From: Blepharisma stoltei ATCC 30299 | Lineage: Eukaryota > Protista > Ciliophora | Assembly (NCBI GenBank): GCA_965603825.1 | Contig: CBFDEM010000038.1 | Coordinates: 248,001-312,000, forward strand | Direction: 5' to 3' | DNA length: 64,000 nucleotides | Part shown: positions 12,153 through 24,411 of the stretch, piece by piece | Numbering within the stretch: the first letter of the stretch is position 1 | Layout of the letters: every line of letters starts with the position of its first letter | The notes under the pieces: generated by a model | Databases searched by the model: none | The model's input: only the letters and a program-made list of their open reading frames with translations | What the model was told of the DNA's origin: nothing | Translations under genes and position numbers: made by a program

Positions 12153-13190
12153 TTAGCATTCATGATCATCTACTCTTTTAAAAATAAAATTCTGCTCATC
12201 TTCTGGTCCCAAAAATGGATCTGTCAAGGTATAAATGGAATGCTCTATGTAATCTTCATAATCTTCAAATGAATTATTATTTTTCCTGATTTCCAATGAG
12301 AAAAAATAGGAAAAATATTGGCTAGCTTCAATAGCAATTATACTGTGGTCTACTTCAGCCTCCTCCCATTTGCTGAATAACATTTACTAAGGCGTTTTTT
12401 CTGGGTGAAACATATATGCATAAATTGGGTAGTTTTTTGCTTCTATAAACGATAAGTAAGGAACCATACCTCTATCATAAGAAAGCCCAAGAATATCCCA
12501 AAATGTATTTAATTTTTCTTTTTCTATATAAATATTACTTTTGTATGTTTCAATTGAGATTCCCCAGTGATGATTTTGAGCTGTAATATTATACTTGTTT
12601 AGATAATAAAGTATCATTGGGTTTACGTTTTTGAATAACTTTGAATATGGAGCCTTTTCAGTAAAAAGCGCATTTATTGTATGATTCCATGCATCTGTAT
12701 ATGTCAATGTGCACGATTTCGAAGTAACCATTGTCAGAACTTCCATACCTAAGCAAATCCCCATAAGTGGGAAATATTCTCCATTATCATTTTTCCTAAT
12801 TGTTGATTTTAATAAATAATCAGCTGTCTTTACATATTGAGAATAAATGATCTCCCCATCTTCTCCCCAGCTATTCAGCTTAGTTGATCCACCAGTAAAT
12901 ACGATACCTAAATAATGATTACCATTGATTTTCCCTAAAATTTCATCCAATTCTTCTTCGTCTAAAGTATGTAGAATTGGGACAACTCTCATCCCAGCGC
13001 TTTCAAAATAATGGACGTAAGGAGTTCTGATGAAAGCCTTCACATTTGGCTGGTCCGCAAAATCGATATCATTGGGCAAAGTTAGCATTCCTATTACTGG
13101 CTTTGAAGCGGACTTGAAGACTTCGTCGTTGTAGTCTGCAAAATGAAGAGCTTGAGAAACAGCCAATAAGCAGAGGATGAGTATTGGCAT
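12153..13190 (-). CDS. GGH: Gamma-glutamyl hydrolase (peptidase C26), signal peptide, three 15-nt introns
   Basis: KPVIGML, ESAGMRVVPI, ING|IVFTGG, GICLGME (catalytic Cys) and FHPEK (catalytic His); introns 12908-12922, 12524-12538, 12373-12387. Confidence 0.9.
12373..12387 (-). other. 15-nt intron (GGH)
   Basis: gtaaatgttattcag; removes stops and gives HPEKTPYKW. Confidence 0.85.
12524..12538 (-). other. 15-nt in-frame stopless intron (GGH)
   Basis: gtaatatttatatag matches the intron consensus. Confidence 0.65.
12908..12922 (-). other. 15-nt in-frame stopless intron (GGH)
   Basis: gtaatcattatttag; removal gives INGIVFTGG, matching the family motif INGxxFPGG. Confidence 0.8.
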
Positions 13191-13460
13191 CGTGGATATG
13201 GAATAATAAATATATAAGAAGCCATTTAAAACTGTTTAGGCGCCTTATGGCAAAGAGTGGACATTTTGGCACTTTGGGAATGTAAATGGAGTAAAAAACT
13301 TCTTTATTAGTTGGATGAACATAATTTGATAAGTTTTATAGTGATTTAAAGGATTTCGTAAATAAATTCATTTAAAATCAATACTTTTATTAATAGAAAT
13401 TGCATTTACAGTATTATCTTAAACCAATAAAATTCGACTTAATGGAATGCTTAAAGTAAT

Positions 13461-14570
13461 TTATTGAATCACGCATTTGCATTGCTTTGTTTCTCTCTCT
13501 TGAGGTTTATTATTTCTCATCATCTCTTGTGACTCTTTGCTTCTATCAATCCTTAGCTGCAGCTGTATTATTTCCAGTCGTTGTGCCTCAGATTTCTCTC
13601 TCAGTTTCTTGATTTCTTCCCCTTCTTGTCTAACTACTTTTGTTTCTTTCTCTTTCTCTTTCTCGTCCAATTTTCTCAATTTTTCTTCTTTCTCATGCTT
13701 TTTTGGGATTATTTTTTTCTTTAAATTATCATTTTCTTTTCTCACATCTTCAAGCTGTTCATTAACCCTTGCAAGTTTTTGTTTTAATTCTTTTTCTGCT
13801 TGCTTTTCATCCATATGTTCATCAATTTCATTAGCTTTATTATTCGCTTCTTTTTCAGCAATCTGTTCTTTTATCTTCGCGATTTCATCATCAATACTAT
13901 CTACTTGCCAGGTTATCTTAGATTTTTCTTCTGCTACATCTTCTCTCTGTCTCTTTAAATCCAAAATTTCTGTCCTGAGCTCTTCAAGTTCCTTTTCATT
14001 ATTTTCTTTTTCAGTCTCAACTCCACTTAATTTTTCTTTCAACTCTTCTACATCATTTTCAATTTCTCTGATTTCTTCTGAAATCTCGATGTGCATATTT
14101 GCAAACTCGATTTCTTTAGAAGAAAGGTCCATTTTGCATTTCTCAATATCATTTCTTAAGACTTCTAAATTTTGATTAAAAATAGACTTCAAGCTTTCTT
14201 CATGGACGATTTCTTGATTAAGCTCTTCGCTCAGTTCTTTTTCTTTTGCTATATCTTTTTCATAGGTAATTTTTACTTGGTCTTCTAGTCCTGTGTTGTA
14301 GCAATTATCACAAATTCTGGCTGCACGATTTAGCTCAGGGTGGAAACCTTTGTGTAGCGAGCATTTTTCACAGACTCCTCTGTAGCAGAATTTACAGAAC
14401 CTTTTGCGATTTCCAAAAGCGGAAAACTCGTCCAAGCAAACAATGCAGACTTTGTCGTGCTTTCAAGCGTTTTGGTCTGCATTTGGATCAAACATGTGGC
14501 TTAGAAGCATAAGTTGGTCTCGTAAATCAGGTGTTGCCTCTATTGGGGATGCTTCTTCATCACTTGACAT
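13461..14570 (-). CDS. FYVE-like finger plus long coiled coil with C-terminal CaaX (CKCVIQ)
   Basis: ATG 14570; TGA 14463-14465 supplies the WxxD Trp (W-KHD-KVCIVC); RKRFCKFC..VCEKC..RICDNC. Confidence 0.8.
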
Positions 14571-14608
14571 ATTTTCACCTAATTTACAATTTAAAACAAT
14601 TAGTTAAT

Positions 14609-15298
14609 TTATATGTGTTCCAAGCCTAGCTTTACATTTTTTTCATGGTCCGAAGCAATAGTGCTTCGAGTTGAGCCACCGTCGTTGCTATGCATTTCCT
14701 GTCTAAGGATTTGAACTTTCATGATATGTTCAGGTAAATCTTTTGCAATAAATTCAAATTGTTTAGACAATCTCGCAGTATTTTGAAATTTCAAAGGTTT
14801 CATACTTACATCAAAAGTTTTTACAAATTGTCCAGTACTTCCAAATCTTTGATGACTGATTTTATGCAAGTCATTCACACTGGATTTTTTATTTAGCTTT
14901 AAATTGTTTGATCTACAAGGATCTTTTGTCTCGCAGATTATTTCTCTGTGATCAGTGACATCTTTTGAAATTGATACTTTCTCAGTCCCTTCTGGAACTA
15001 AATTTTTCGAAAATGGGTTATTTTGTTTATTAAAAATTCTCTGATGCTGATCATTGTGAGGAGTTTGACAGGGATAAGATGGGAGAGCTGCAAAAGTGAA
15101 TTGTTGAGATAATATTCTATTATGAGATTTTGATGTCCTTATTTTCTGAGTCTGTAAATCAGTCGTCTTCCAGTCTTTCATTGACTGTTGAGGAGCTCAT
15201 ATCGAGATTCGTTTTTTTTTGATATGATATTTTTCCGTTTGTGGAGTTTTGATAGTGATTTGTTTGTTTTGGATTTCTTTCATTTGGGTTGATCCCAT
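14609..15298 (-). CDS. Hypothetical protein, MG- start (possible N-myristoylation)
   Basis: ATG 15298 (MGSTQ) is in frame with ORF 14609-15181 through one TGA. Confidence 0.6.
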
Positions 15299-15487
15299 GG
15301 AGTAAAATTTCTATTAAAAGGCAATAAAATAATGGAACGTAATTTAATAAGACTCCAATTTTGTATGGTTTTTATTAAAATCTGGTCACTATTTTTAAAA
15401 AATCTGCCAGGCGCTATTATAGCCTTTGCATCGCATTTATAAAATTTAAACTTTATTAATTCTACTAGGTTATGGAGAATAAAATGA

Positions 15488-16909
15488 TTACTGAAGGTTC
15501 CAGTTAAGCAGGATGAAAGCGATATTCCCTGCACTTTCTCCGCACTTCAAATAATCAGCTGAGCATTGTTCAATGGTTGCTATATCTGCGTTGATTGATT
15601 GGTAGTATTTATAATACCTTAAAAGAACAATTTTGTACCCATCAGGCTTCATAATGTTTTTAATAGATTCTACCAATCCTTTGAAAGGACAAATTTTCGC
15701 AATTGCTTTTTCTTCAGGCACTAGTCCTTTAGCATTATTAATGAAGTCTTGAACAACGTTAAAGTTCCCACCAAATATTGAGCTGCCTTCAGTGAATAGT
15801 GTTTGAAGCAAATTTCCTAACTTTTCTAATTCTGTATAGCATGGTCCTGGGGTCGTATTTGGTCCTTCAAGTCCTGATAAAAATCCTGCAGCAATGACAG
15901 CCCAGCTTTTAACTGTAGTTTCATAATTAGTAGCATGGAGTTGTGGGTTATTTAAATTCCAACTAATGAGGATTCTAATGATATCTCCAATACCATATCC
16001 ACAAGCTGTATAATTGGTAGAGCAGCTTTTGACACTTTCAAGATCTTTATCGACTTCTTTAGCATGTAAAGTGTATCTGAGGACAACTGCTTTGTAGTCA
16101 TGAATTGAGCTGTTTACTGCTGTAATAAAGGTTTTCCAGTCACAAACTTTGCTGATAGGCTCAAGTTCTGGCTTAAGAGCTTCGATATCCACAATCAATT
16201 GAGAAACAGCTGAATAGTCTCCATCAAGGATTCTTGAAACATCAGACACAATAGCTCCAATAGTTTCGCTTGATCCACTTATAGCAACATAGCATTTTCC
16301 TGGTGTTTTTACAGGTCCTTCAAGCCCACTTAGCATCCCTGCAAGTAACTCGAAAAGATCAGCTCCAGTTGGTTTTGGCTTAGGATCAGCTTTAAGATTT
16401 GTGTTGAGTTTCCAGTTGAGCTCAATTCTTAAGATTTCTCCTGCAGCATAGCCACATGCAGTGTAATTTGCATTGCAATTTTTAATAGTCAAAATGTCAG
16501 CTGTCATTGTCTTGATGTGCATGCTGTAACGAAGAAGGATAGTTGAATAGCCTCCAGCAATCAAGGCCTTGGTTTGGTTGTATAATAAGCCCCATTGGCA
16601 TTGGCTTTCAAGAGGCAATAATAATGGGAGAAGAGCTTCTGAGTCGGTAATTAGTTGGCTAACTGCAGAGTTGTCTCCATTTAAAACTCTGACCACATCA
16701 GAAATAATAGCAACGAAATCTTCGTTTGTAGAGGCGAGAGCTTGATAGCAAGGGCCTGGAGTGCTGACTTTACCTTCAAGACCATTCATAAAACCGCCAA
16801 GAAACTCATAGACGTCGTCTGTGCTTATTTTAAGGTTTGGAGTGCCTCTTAATTCCTGTGCTGAAGCTACCATGAGCAAAGCAAGAAGAAAACACGAAGC
16901 TTTCAACAT
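15488..16909 (-). CDS. Secreted protein with three tandem ~140-aa four-Cys domains
   Basis: Signal peptide MLKASCFLLALLMVASA; three repeats of G..GLEG...PG.CY...C...LLRY...C...Y..CG...G.I..I...W.L. Confidence 0.85.
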   Translation of the reverse strand: MLKASCFLLALLMVASAQELRGTPNLKISTDDVYEFLGGFMNGLEGKVSTPGPCYQALASTNEDFVAIISDVVRVLNGDNSAVSQLITDSEALLPLLLPLESQCQWGLLYNQTKALIAGGYSTILLRYSMHIKTMTADILTIKNCNANYTACGYAAGEILRIELNWKLNTNLKADPKPKPTGADLFELLAGMLSGLEGPVKTPGKCYVAISGSSETIGAIVSDVSRILDGDYSAVSQLIVDIEALKPELEPISKVCDWKTFITAVNSSIHDYKAVVLRYTLHAKEVDKDLESVKSCSTNYTACGYGIGDIIRILISWNLNNPQLHATNYETTVKSWAVIAAGFLSGLEGPNTTPGPCYTELEKLGNLLQTLFTEGSSIFGGNFNVVQDFINNAKGLVPEEKAIAKICPFKGLVESIKNIMKPDGYKIVLLRYYKYYQSINADIATIEQCSADYLKCGESAGNIAFILLNWNLQ

Positions 16910-17241
16910 ATTTTTATAAGATTGAAAAATTAATTCGCCTATTTACTGGTGTTTATTTAATTTATTAGCATGCATAATATAAATACCTTCTAAAACTATT
17001 GTTAATCTTAATGTTTATATATATTTTTACTGATAAGCCAAGGACACTGAATAAAATTTAAAAATTCACTTTCTTAAAAGCATAGGAAATGGTTTAAGAT
17101 TTTAAATGCAGGATTTATTTTGAATTATTATAAATTTTCTTTTTAGAAAACGTAAAAAATAAATTTTCATCAGATATATGATAAATAAACTTTTAAACAA
17201 ACTAGCCAGCATTTAAACCTTAGTTATGGCTCTATAAAGAA

Positions 17242-17670
17242 ATGGAAGAAATAAATCAGTTATCTATTCAAAATTCATCTCAAGCCCAGCCAGACATCAA
17301 GAAATTCATCAAGCATATGCACAAAAAAATCGAGGAAATTAAGTTGGAAATGCACGATTCTAAGCAAGACTATGAGCAGCTAAGAAGTGAGGCAAAAGCT
17401 ATGGAAGCTCAAAATAACAGAGATACCAATGATATAACTGATAGGATTCTTGATGAGCTAGATAGGATTGAGCAAGAGTTCAAAAAGCAGGCAGGAGAAT
17501 CCAAAACTGAGAGTGGCTTTTTAAAGCAGCAAATAGCAAGCGTAACCCAAGAAAAAATGAAACTGGAACAAAATTATTTGTTGCTAGCTACCCGGGTGGG
17601 AGAAGCAGAAAGAGTTATAGGAATCGAATTGATGCTTCCTCATATCGATGATCCAAGAGGTTATGAATAG
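17242..17670 (+). CDS. Small coiled-coil protein
   Basis: 142-aa heptad-rich ORF. Confidence 0.7.
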   Translation: MEEINQLSIQNSSQAQPDIKKFIKHMHKKIEEIKLEMHDSKQDYEQLRSEAKAMEAQNNRDTNDITDRILDELDRIEQEFKKQAGESKTESGFLKQQIASVTQEKMKLEQNYLLLATRVGEAERVIGIELMLPHIDDPRGYE

Positions 17671-17711
17671 ACTGAAACGTGTGAATTTTATAAAAAATTA
17701 GGAATAATTAA

Positions 17712-18470
17712 CTAGTAAAATTGAAAGCGGGGTTTATCTTGAAGGTGTCTCTCTATACAAATCGGTTTAACTAAATAAGAAATTTCTTCGTTTTCTAAGG
17801 CTGCTCTGTATGCTCTAGAATCGTCTACGGTATTAATTGTTTTTACTTTACGTATTTCTGCCTTTGTGGTGATTTTTTTCTTTTTCCTTTTTGTTGTGAA
17901 AGCTTTGTTTGAGTTTGCATCATTAAAGGCATTTTTCTTATATTTTTTATGCTCATATTTAATATTTTCCATTGGAACGTTATGGACCTCAATTGATTCA
18001 TTTGTTTCTGCTGGCTGATCTTGAATTGTGGCTGCTATCAAATTTGTGAAATAAATAAATTTTGATAATTATTTAAAACAATTTCTAAAAATTAGGTAAC
18101 ATTGAATTTCTTTTTCGCATAAATTAGGGAATATGACGGTTAATTGAACTTTTCGCTCATTAGGCAAGCATTTTTCTTCTTCTTTTTTCAATATTGGCTT
18201 AAGGACCTTTTCTGAAGAAGATCTTTGATTTTTTCTATTAGTACTCTTTGGTCTGCTTATAGCTTCTCCAAGGGCTTGCAAAGCACAGACACAGCTGGAT
18301 GTTCTTGAGCGATAAATTCCCGGCTTGTTTTGGCTCAAATTGGATGCTCTCAGTGAATTTAAATATGGCTTACCTACAAAAGACAGCCTACTTCTATTTG
18401 CGTTCAAATGGCTTGATGATTGAGCTTCAGATACTAATTTCTTAAGGGATTTCGGTATGATGCAATTCAT
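17712..18470 (-). CDS. Hypothetical basic protein(s); gene structure uncertain
   Basis: Two same-frame ORFs (18069-18470 and 17712-18041) separated by a TAA and an AT-rich gap, with no canonical 15-nt intron. Confidence 0.4.
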
Positions 18471-19343
18471 GTCGAAAAATATGATTATATCTGATGAATG
18501 CTATTTTTTACAAATTATGGATAAATTGTTGAAATAAAGATGCATAATAATTAATTTTTTATAAAACGATCGAATATTTATGATTCAATAGCACCTTGCA
18601 ATATATTTAAGTTCCCACAACGTTTGCATAGTATTTGTAAACAATATTATAGAGTTCAAATTACTTATAATTTCAAAGTTTTTAAACTTAGAAAGAAAGC
18701 CATTCTTAAAAGATAGTAAATAGCTAATGTGGATCTTTGAGATTTACCTTGCTTGATCTGATCAATAATTTTTGAAAAAATATTTCTGAAAAAAATTATA
18801 AGTTTAGAATAAATAGCAGATATGCATAATTGTTTATCATTTATCTATAAATCATAGCTATAAAGGTTACCAAAGCTATAGAATCCGAATTGTTTATGCT
18901 CTCTTCTATTATTGGATATATTTTTGTTTACTCTATGAGTGATTCCTACTTTTTTGAAATTTATGTGATGAAATTATTTCATAAGAAATCTTAGACAATA
19001 TTAATTTGTGAGTTAAAAATTACATTTAGACTTTAATTCGGTTTTTATACATTCTAATTTAGTTATTATTATTATAATTTATCATTAAAATTCTCTTCAT
19101 AATTTTTTAATTTATATTTAGAATACTCTCTCAAGCAATAAGAAGTCATCTAATATCACCATAAGGAATTAAATTAATGAAATATGCATTAAATCTTAAA
19201 CCATTAGAATAATTTATATCCTCTACCTATAATAAAAAATCATATTCGAAGGTTTTTATTTACTTTACTAATTTTTTATCATCCAATTTCCTAAATCCTA
19301 AATAAAAATAATATCAAATTGTCGTTATATATTAATTAACTCA

Positions 19344-22229
19344 ATGGAAAATTATGAGCGGCCTTATACACCTTCTCTCTCCTCACACCCTAGTACACCC
19401 AGAAATACAATAAAAGCAGTTTTTCAGAACCTCCAATTTATAAATGAAGTGACCGAAAAAATTAATGAAGTTTTAGAAATTCTTGAGCCTTTCAAGGACC
19501 CAGATAATGCCAAAATTAAATCTATTCGGTGCTTAAATCTGACAACTCGGCAAACAGAAAGATTTAAACCAATCATTAGCGAAGCTTGTGACAAATTAAA
19601 TCTGCTGAAAAATGAGGACATTCGCAAATTGGATGATGATATAAAAGGAATTGAAAATAGTTTGAAAAGTCAAATGGAAGCTAATGGAAAATTAAAAGCA
19701 GAGTTGCATCATTTGCATAATAAATTCGGGCTATTTGAAGAAGAATTGAGAAATTGAAGGGCACAGCTAGAGGATGCACCATTAGCTATGGTAGAAAGCA
19801 TTGCAAGCACTCTTAGAAAATACACTGAATTTTCTAAAGAAAAGCACCCAAAAGAGCAATTTACAAGAATACTAGAAAGTTTTATGTCCTCGTGAAATTC
19901 CTACTACCCTGACACATTTGACAGGCCACCTTCTGTGCTAGATAGAGATGTATTTATTGACGATGATTTCAAAGATTCAGAAAATTTTTATTTTAAAATA
20001 AATTGCGAAAATTGCAATAGTTTAAGGGCAGAACTAGACCAATCAGAAATGAATTTATTAAGTGAAATTGAAAAAAATTACAATTTACAGAGAGACAAAG
20101 AAAATGAGGTCAGTGAGCTAAAGAAACAATTAGAAAAAGCAGCAGGAAATGATGAAATAGATTATGAAATCTATATAAAAAAAATTAGAACTGATATAGA
20201 AAATTTGCTTGATTGTGAGCTGCCAGATATATCTAATGACCCAAAAACGTCTTTACCAGAACTCTGAATGAAGATCAGAAAGGTTATAGGAGAAAGTGCA
20301 AAGAGATGTAGATCAAAAGCAGCTCCAGCTGCCGCTAAACAAGAAACTAATTATATTGATTGTAATGCGAAAGATATAGAAAATTTGAAGCGCAAATTAG
20401 ATGAAATTTATGATGACATTGAAAATGGAAAGCCCAGCAAAGTATATAAGATTATGATAGCAGCTTCTGAGTTTAGCCTACTTTTAAAAAAAGTTGAGGA
20501 TTCATGAAATTTGAATTTTCCAAAAAAATATGAAATTGCCCTTAATGCTGGCTCGAACAAAAAAATTATTTCTAACAAAAATCCTATTTTTGACTCATTG
20601 AATTCAATTTTATCTGAAGAATTTAGTGAGGCTGAAAATCTTAGATTGACTGAGCTTGAGAACAAATTAGAAGAGCTTACTGAGCTATCATATCAAATTA
20701 ACCCAAGCATACAACAAAATTTGAGTGCAGAAAGTAATACAACTGCCAAGCTCTATGAAGAAATTAAGGAGAAAAAAGAAGAAATTTCTAAGTTAGCTCA
20801 TGAGCTAGAAAGAAAAACAATTGAAAATAAAAAGCTATCTGAAAATATAGAAAAATACAAAAATGAGCTAATGCAAGTGAAATCCAAAAGTGGCTTAACA
20901 ATAGATACAATTGAAGAATTAAAATCAGTTTTCACAAATACTGCTATTTCAGATTTTGTTAAGGTAGAGTATGAAGAGCCTGAAGAAATGTAAAATTTAT
21001 TTAGAGTGTTTGATATTGAAGATTTCGATCCACACTTGAATTCAGAACTGAGGCTCAGAGACCAAGAAATCAAAAAGTTGCAGAAAGAAAAAGCAGAATT
21101 ACTAGAAAAACTTGATAAATCATCGCCATTTATAGAGATGCCTGAAATCAATTTAAATTGCAGCTCAAAGCTTCAAGACAGTCAAGAAATTTCTGACATA
21201 AAATCCTTGATTTCTCAAAAAGAAAATGAGCTGGAAAACCTTCCTCCAGGAACTAGCCCTAATTTACTTAATCGAGAAATAATAAAGCTAAAATCAAAAC
21301 TGCAGGACATAAAAACTAAAAAAGCTTTAGATGCCCATGCGACTCTTCAGACCAGATTAAGCCGATCAATGGCAAAAATTGAAAAAGATTGACTAATAAC
21401 AGAAGAAAAATCAAAGCGTGTTCCAAGTAATCATAGTAAAAGAATTATGGAGCTAGACGCAAGTCGAAGCTTATCTCCTGACAATTTTAAGAAAATCGTG
21501 GCAGAATCCCAAAGATACTCAATGAACCCAAATTTTTCATTTCGATCCATAAATTTAATAAAACAAAAAAGGATTCAAAATTCCATGGCAAGCGGAGAAC
21601 TTGAATATTTAAGAACTGAGCTAGAAAAATGCTTAGAAGAAAAATCGAACTTAGAAGTTCAGCTTAAAAAGTTCACTGAAAATGATAAATTAGAAGAAAA
21701 ATGGAATGAAGTAAAAGCAAAAGAACAGACGGCTGAAATTTTGATTGAAAGAGCCTTGAAGCAAGAAGAAAAATTGAAAGAAGAAAGACTTGCTAACCAA
21801 AAACATTTGAAAAATATAGAAAAAGAATATGAGGATATAAGAAAAGAAAAAGCGAAATTAAAATTAATAGGAAATGAGCTAAAAGAAAAAGAAAAACAAA
21901 TTGAGCTGAAAAGCATAAATGTCAATGAAAGCCCATATTTAAGACGAATATCAAGAGCAAATACTAGCACAGGATCAGATGAGTCTGTAACAAGTTTAGG
22001 CTCACCAAGGGCCTTTAAATTTGATGAGTTTGATAGGGAGAAAGAAAAATTTGTTTTAGAAAAAAAGAAAATGTGCATTCTTGTCAGCAAGATTAATAAT
22101 GAAAAAACAAAAATTAATGAAGAAAGAAATTCATTAGCAAAAGAAAGAGCTTTGCTTGAGTATCAAAAATCAAAGTTTTCAGAGATCTTGCCAAAATTAA
22201 TGAATTTGGTTGAAAGAGACAAGAATTAA
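19344..22229 (+). CDS. Large coiled-coil protein (~956 aa)
   Basis: Six track ORFs fuse through five TGA(Trp) and intron 20990-21004. Confidence 0.8.
20990..21004 (+). other. 15-nt intron
   Basis: gtaaaatttatttag; removes an in-frame TAA. Confidence 0.85.
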
Positions 22230-23133
22230 ATTTTGTAGAAAAAATTGTTTTTTATAGTCTAAGATTTGGCTTAAAAATAATTAGGAAGTTGTGTCTTTTA
22301 ATTTATTTGCTAAGAAAAATAAGCATTATATAATAATATTTGAATTTCAAACAATTTAATGAATTAATATTATAAATTATTTAAATTCCATTTTGTCTTA
22401 AAAATAAGCAAGTTTATGGCTATTTCAAATAATCCAGAATTTCCTATAATAAAATTTAATTTAAATTTCTATTTCATCACCAGCTCAAGAAAATAGAAAG
22501 CAAGCCAACAAATCTCATGACATTAAATTTTAAGCCAGTCTTAAATTAAATATATCTTATAAATAGAGAGAATACCATTCAAACTATTAAAAATTATGAT
22601 CTGATTATTACATATTTCTGCCTATTCAAAAAATTTGTGTCTAAAGATAGCTTTCAGTGCCTATAAATCGAGCATCTAAAAAATTCTGTTCCTAAAAATT
22701 AATCTTTTTTATATCAATTTAAAGAAAAAGAACTAGATAAAAGGGATGGCATAAGAAGGTAAATAGAATTCTTAAATGAAAATAATTTTATTTTTTTTAG
22801 AGGCACTAATTTTCAATTTATAATACTATTGAGTACACTATCAAATTGAATTATCAATAATTGCAAGTATTCTAATATTATTAACAATTTCAAAGGGATA
22901 GTGATTTGCAATGCATATAAACATCAGAACTTCATAAAATATGGATGATCTCTGAAATCAATATAAAAATATTTCAAGCATTAAATATAAATTTGTGTCA
23001 GAATCTGCCAAACACATCAGATATCACAGATTATTAAGTTTGATATTTGTTTCCCTGCAAAAGGAAATTGTTAGTTAATGATACCTCGTGCAACCATGAA
23101 AGAAGTACAGTATCATTTTAAATATAATATTTA

Positions 23134-23865
23134 TTAATCACTTTCTTCAACTTTAACTTGGAATTTCTTCGCTTTAACTGTGACTTCTTTTATAACTAAC
23201 GGCCTAATGTTCTTATGAGATCCTCTCCCTGCATCTTCTCTGACCAGAATAAAAATTCAGCCATTCATAAAGTGTGATGTTACCTCAGTGACTGCGATTC
23301 TGACGGATGCCAAAAACTTTTTCCTGCGGGAATGATATTTTAGTGTGCAATTGCTAGTTCCTTGAATGAAATTTTCTCCTTCCTTGTTATGGTTGATCAG
23401 AGCAGGCTTGGGCTCTGCAGTCCATGCTTCAACAATTAACGGGACTTCATAGTTTTCGGATAGTATTTCTTCAGTTAATTCTGATAAAATTACATTGAAG
23501 TTAAAAAATCTCTTCTTGCAAATTATTTTAGGAAAGCCAATTGCTGACAGTTTGTATTTAAAGTCTTGATTCCGGTCAGTAATGTACCTAAGAAACTCTT
23601 TCTTGGTCAATGCTCTTTTCTGTTTTGGAGACCGTACAGACTTCAAGTTTTTATTCAATGTCTGAAACAAGTCAGATATTTCTACTGCTGATGACTTAAA
23701 TTGTTTTGATGATTCTCAAAACTGATAGAACTGATTTGTTCGCTGCTGAATGGAGCTAAAAAGCATATCTCATGAGTTTTCTGCAAGAGGCTGTCCAAAA
23801 GGAAATTGTAAATTCAATTTGCTTATATTATCGTCCACCCCCGAGTTAGGGATGTTTTCACCCAT
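23134..23865 (-). CDS. Hypothetical protein with beta-rich C-terminal domain (possible Ig-fold DNA-binding domain)
   Basis: Open from ATG 23865 to TAA 23134 with three TGA; ends EVTSHFMNG[W]IFILV..IRPLVIKEVTVKAKK. Confidence 0.7.
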
Positions 23866-24411
23866 TTTGTTTAGTAGGCACAAAAAAAGCCATTCGCAAA
23901 CATAGCGATATATTAATAGAAATTTTCTGGAACTTATTTGAAACATAAATATCAAAATTACCTAGTTAAAAAATTTATGAACTTTCTTTTTCTTTTGCAT
24001 ATGCTGCCTGCCATTTATTGGAAATTGCCAACTGCATGAGCCCGCTCAAATTTTGTAGGAACGCTAACAACTAGGCTTTTATTAATTGGCATAAACATCG
24101 TTATAGATAAGAAAAATATTATGATTCTTTTAATTTTAACAAAAATTATAAAATGAAAAAAAGAAAATTTTAATTGTAGGAATTATCTATCATAGCAGGT
24201 TTTATGCAAAGTAGTTATGATGCCAAAAACAGATGTATGCGCTCATTAGTCTAAATTAAAAAATTAAAAAATTTTCAAATTTAATTTTGCAAGAAAAACT
24301 AATATGGAGTCTTTAAGCTTTCTCATGAGTGAGTAGTAAAAAGCAAACTGCATTATATTTAAAGATAAAGAAAATCACAAAATCAATACTTAAATTAAAT
24401 TATTATTTCAA

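Noticed and set aside
13537-14175. Ser/Phe/Leu-rich antisense ORFs (also 6976, 8770, 20798, 21659, 26463, 55305 and others)
   Set aside because: Shadows of Glu/Lys-rich coding sequence on the opposite strand
15488-16909. Mating pheromone gamone 1
   Set aside because: As I recall, gamone 1 is a ~300-aa glycoprotein related to papain-type proteases; this protein has no such motifs and a different repeat architecture
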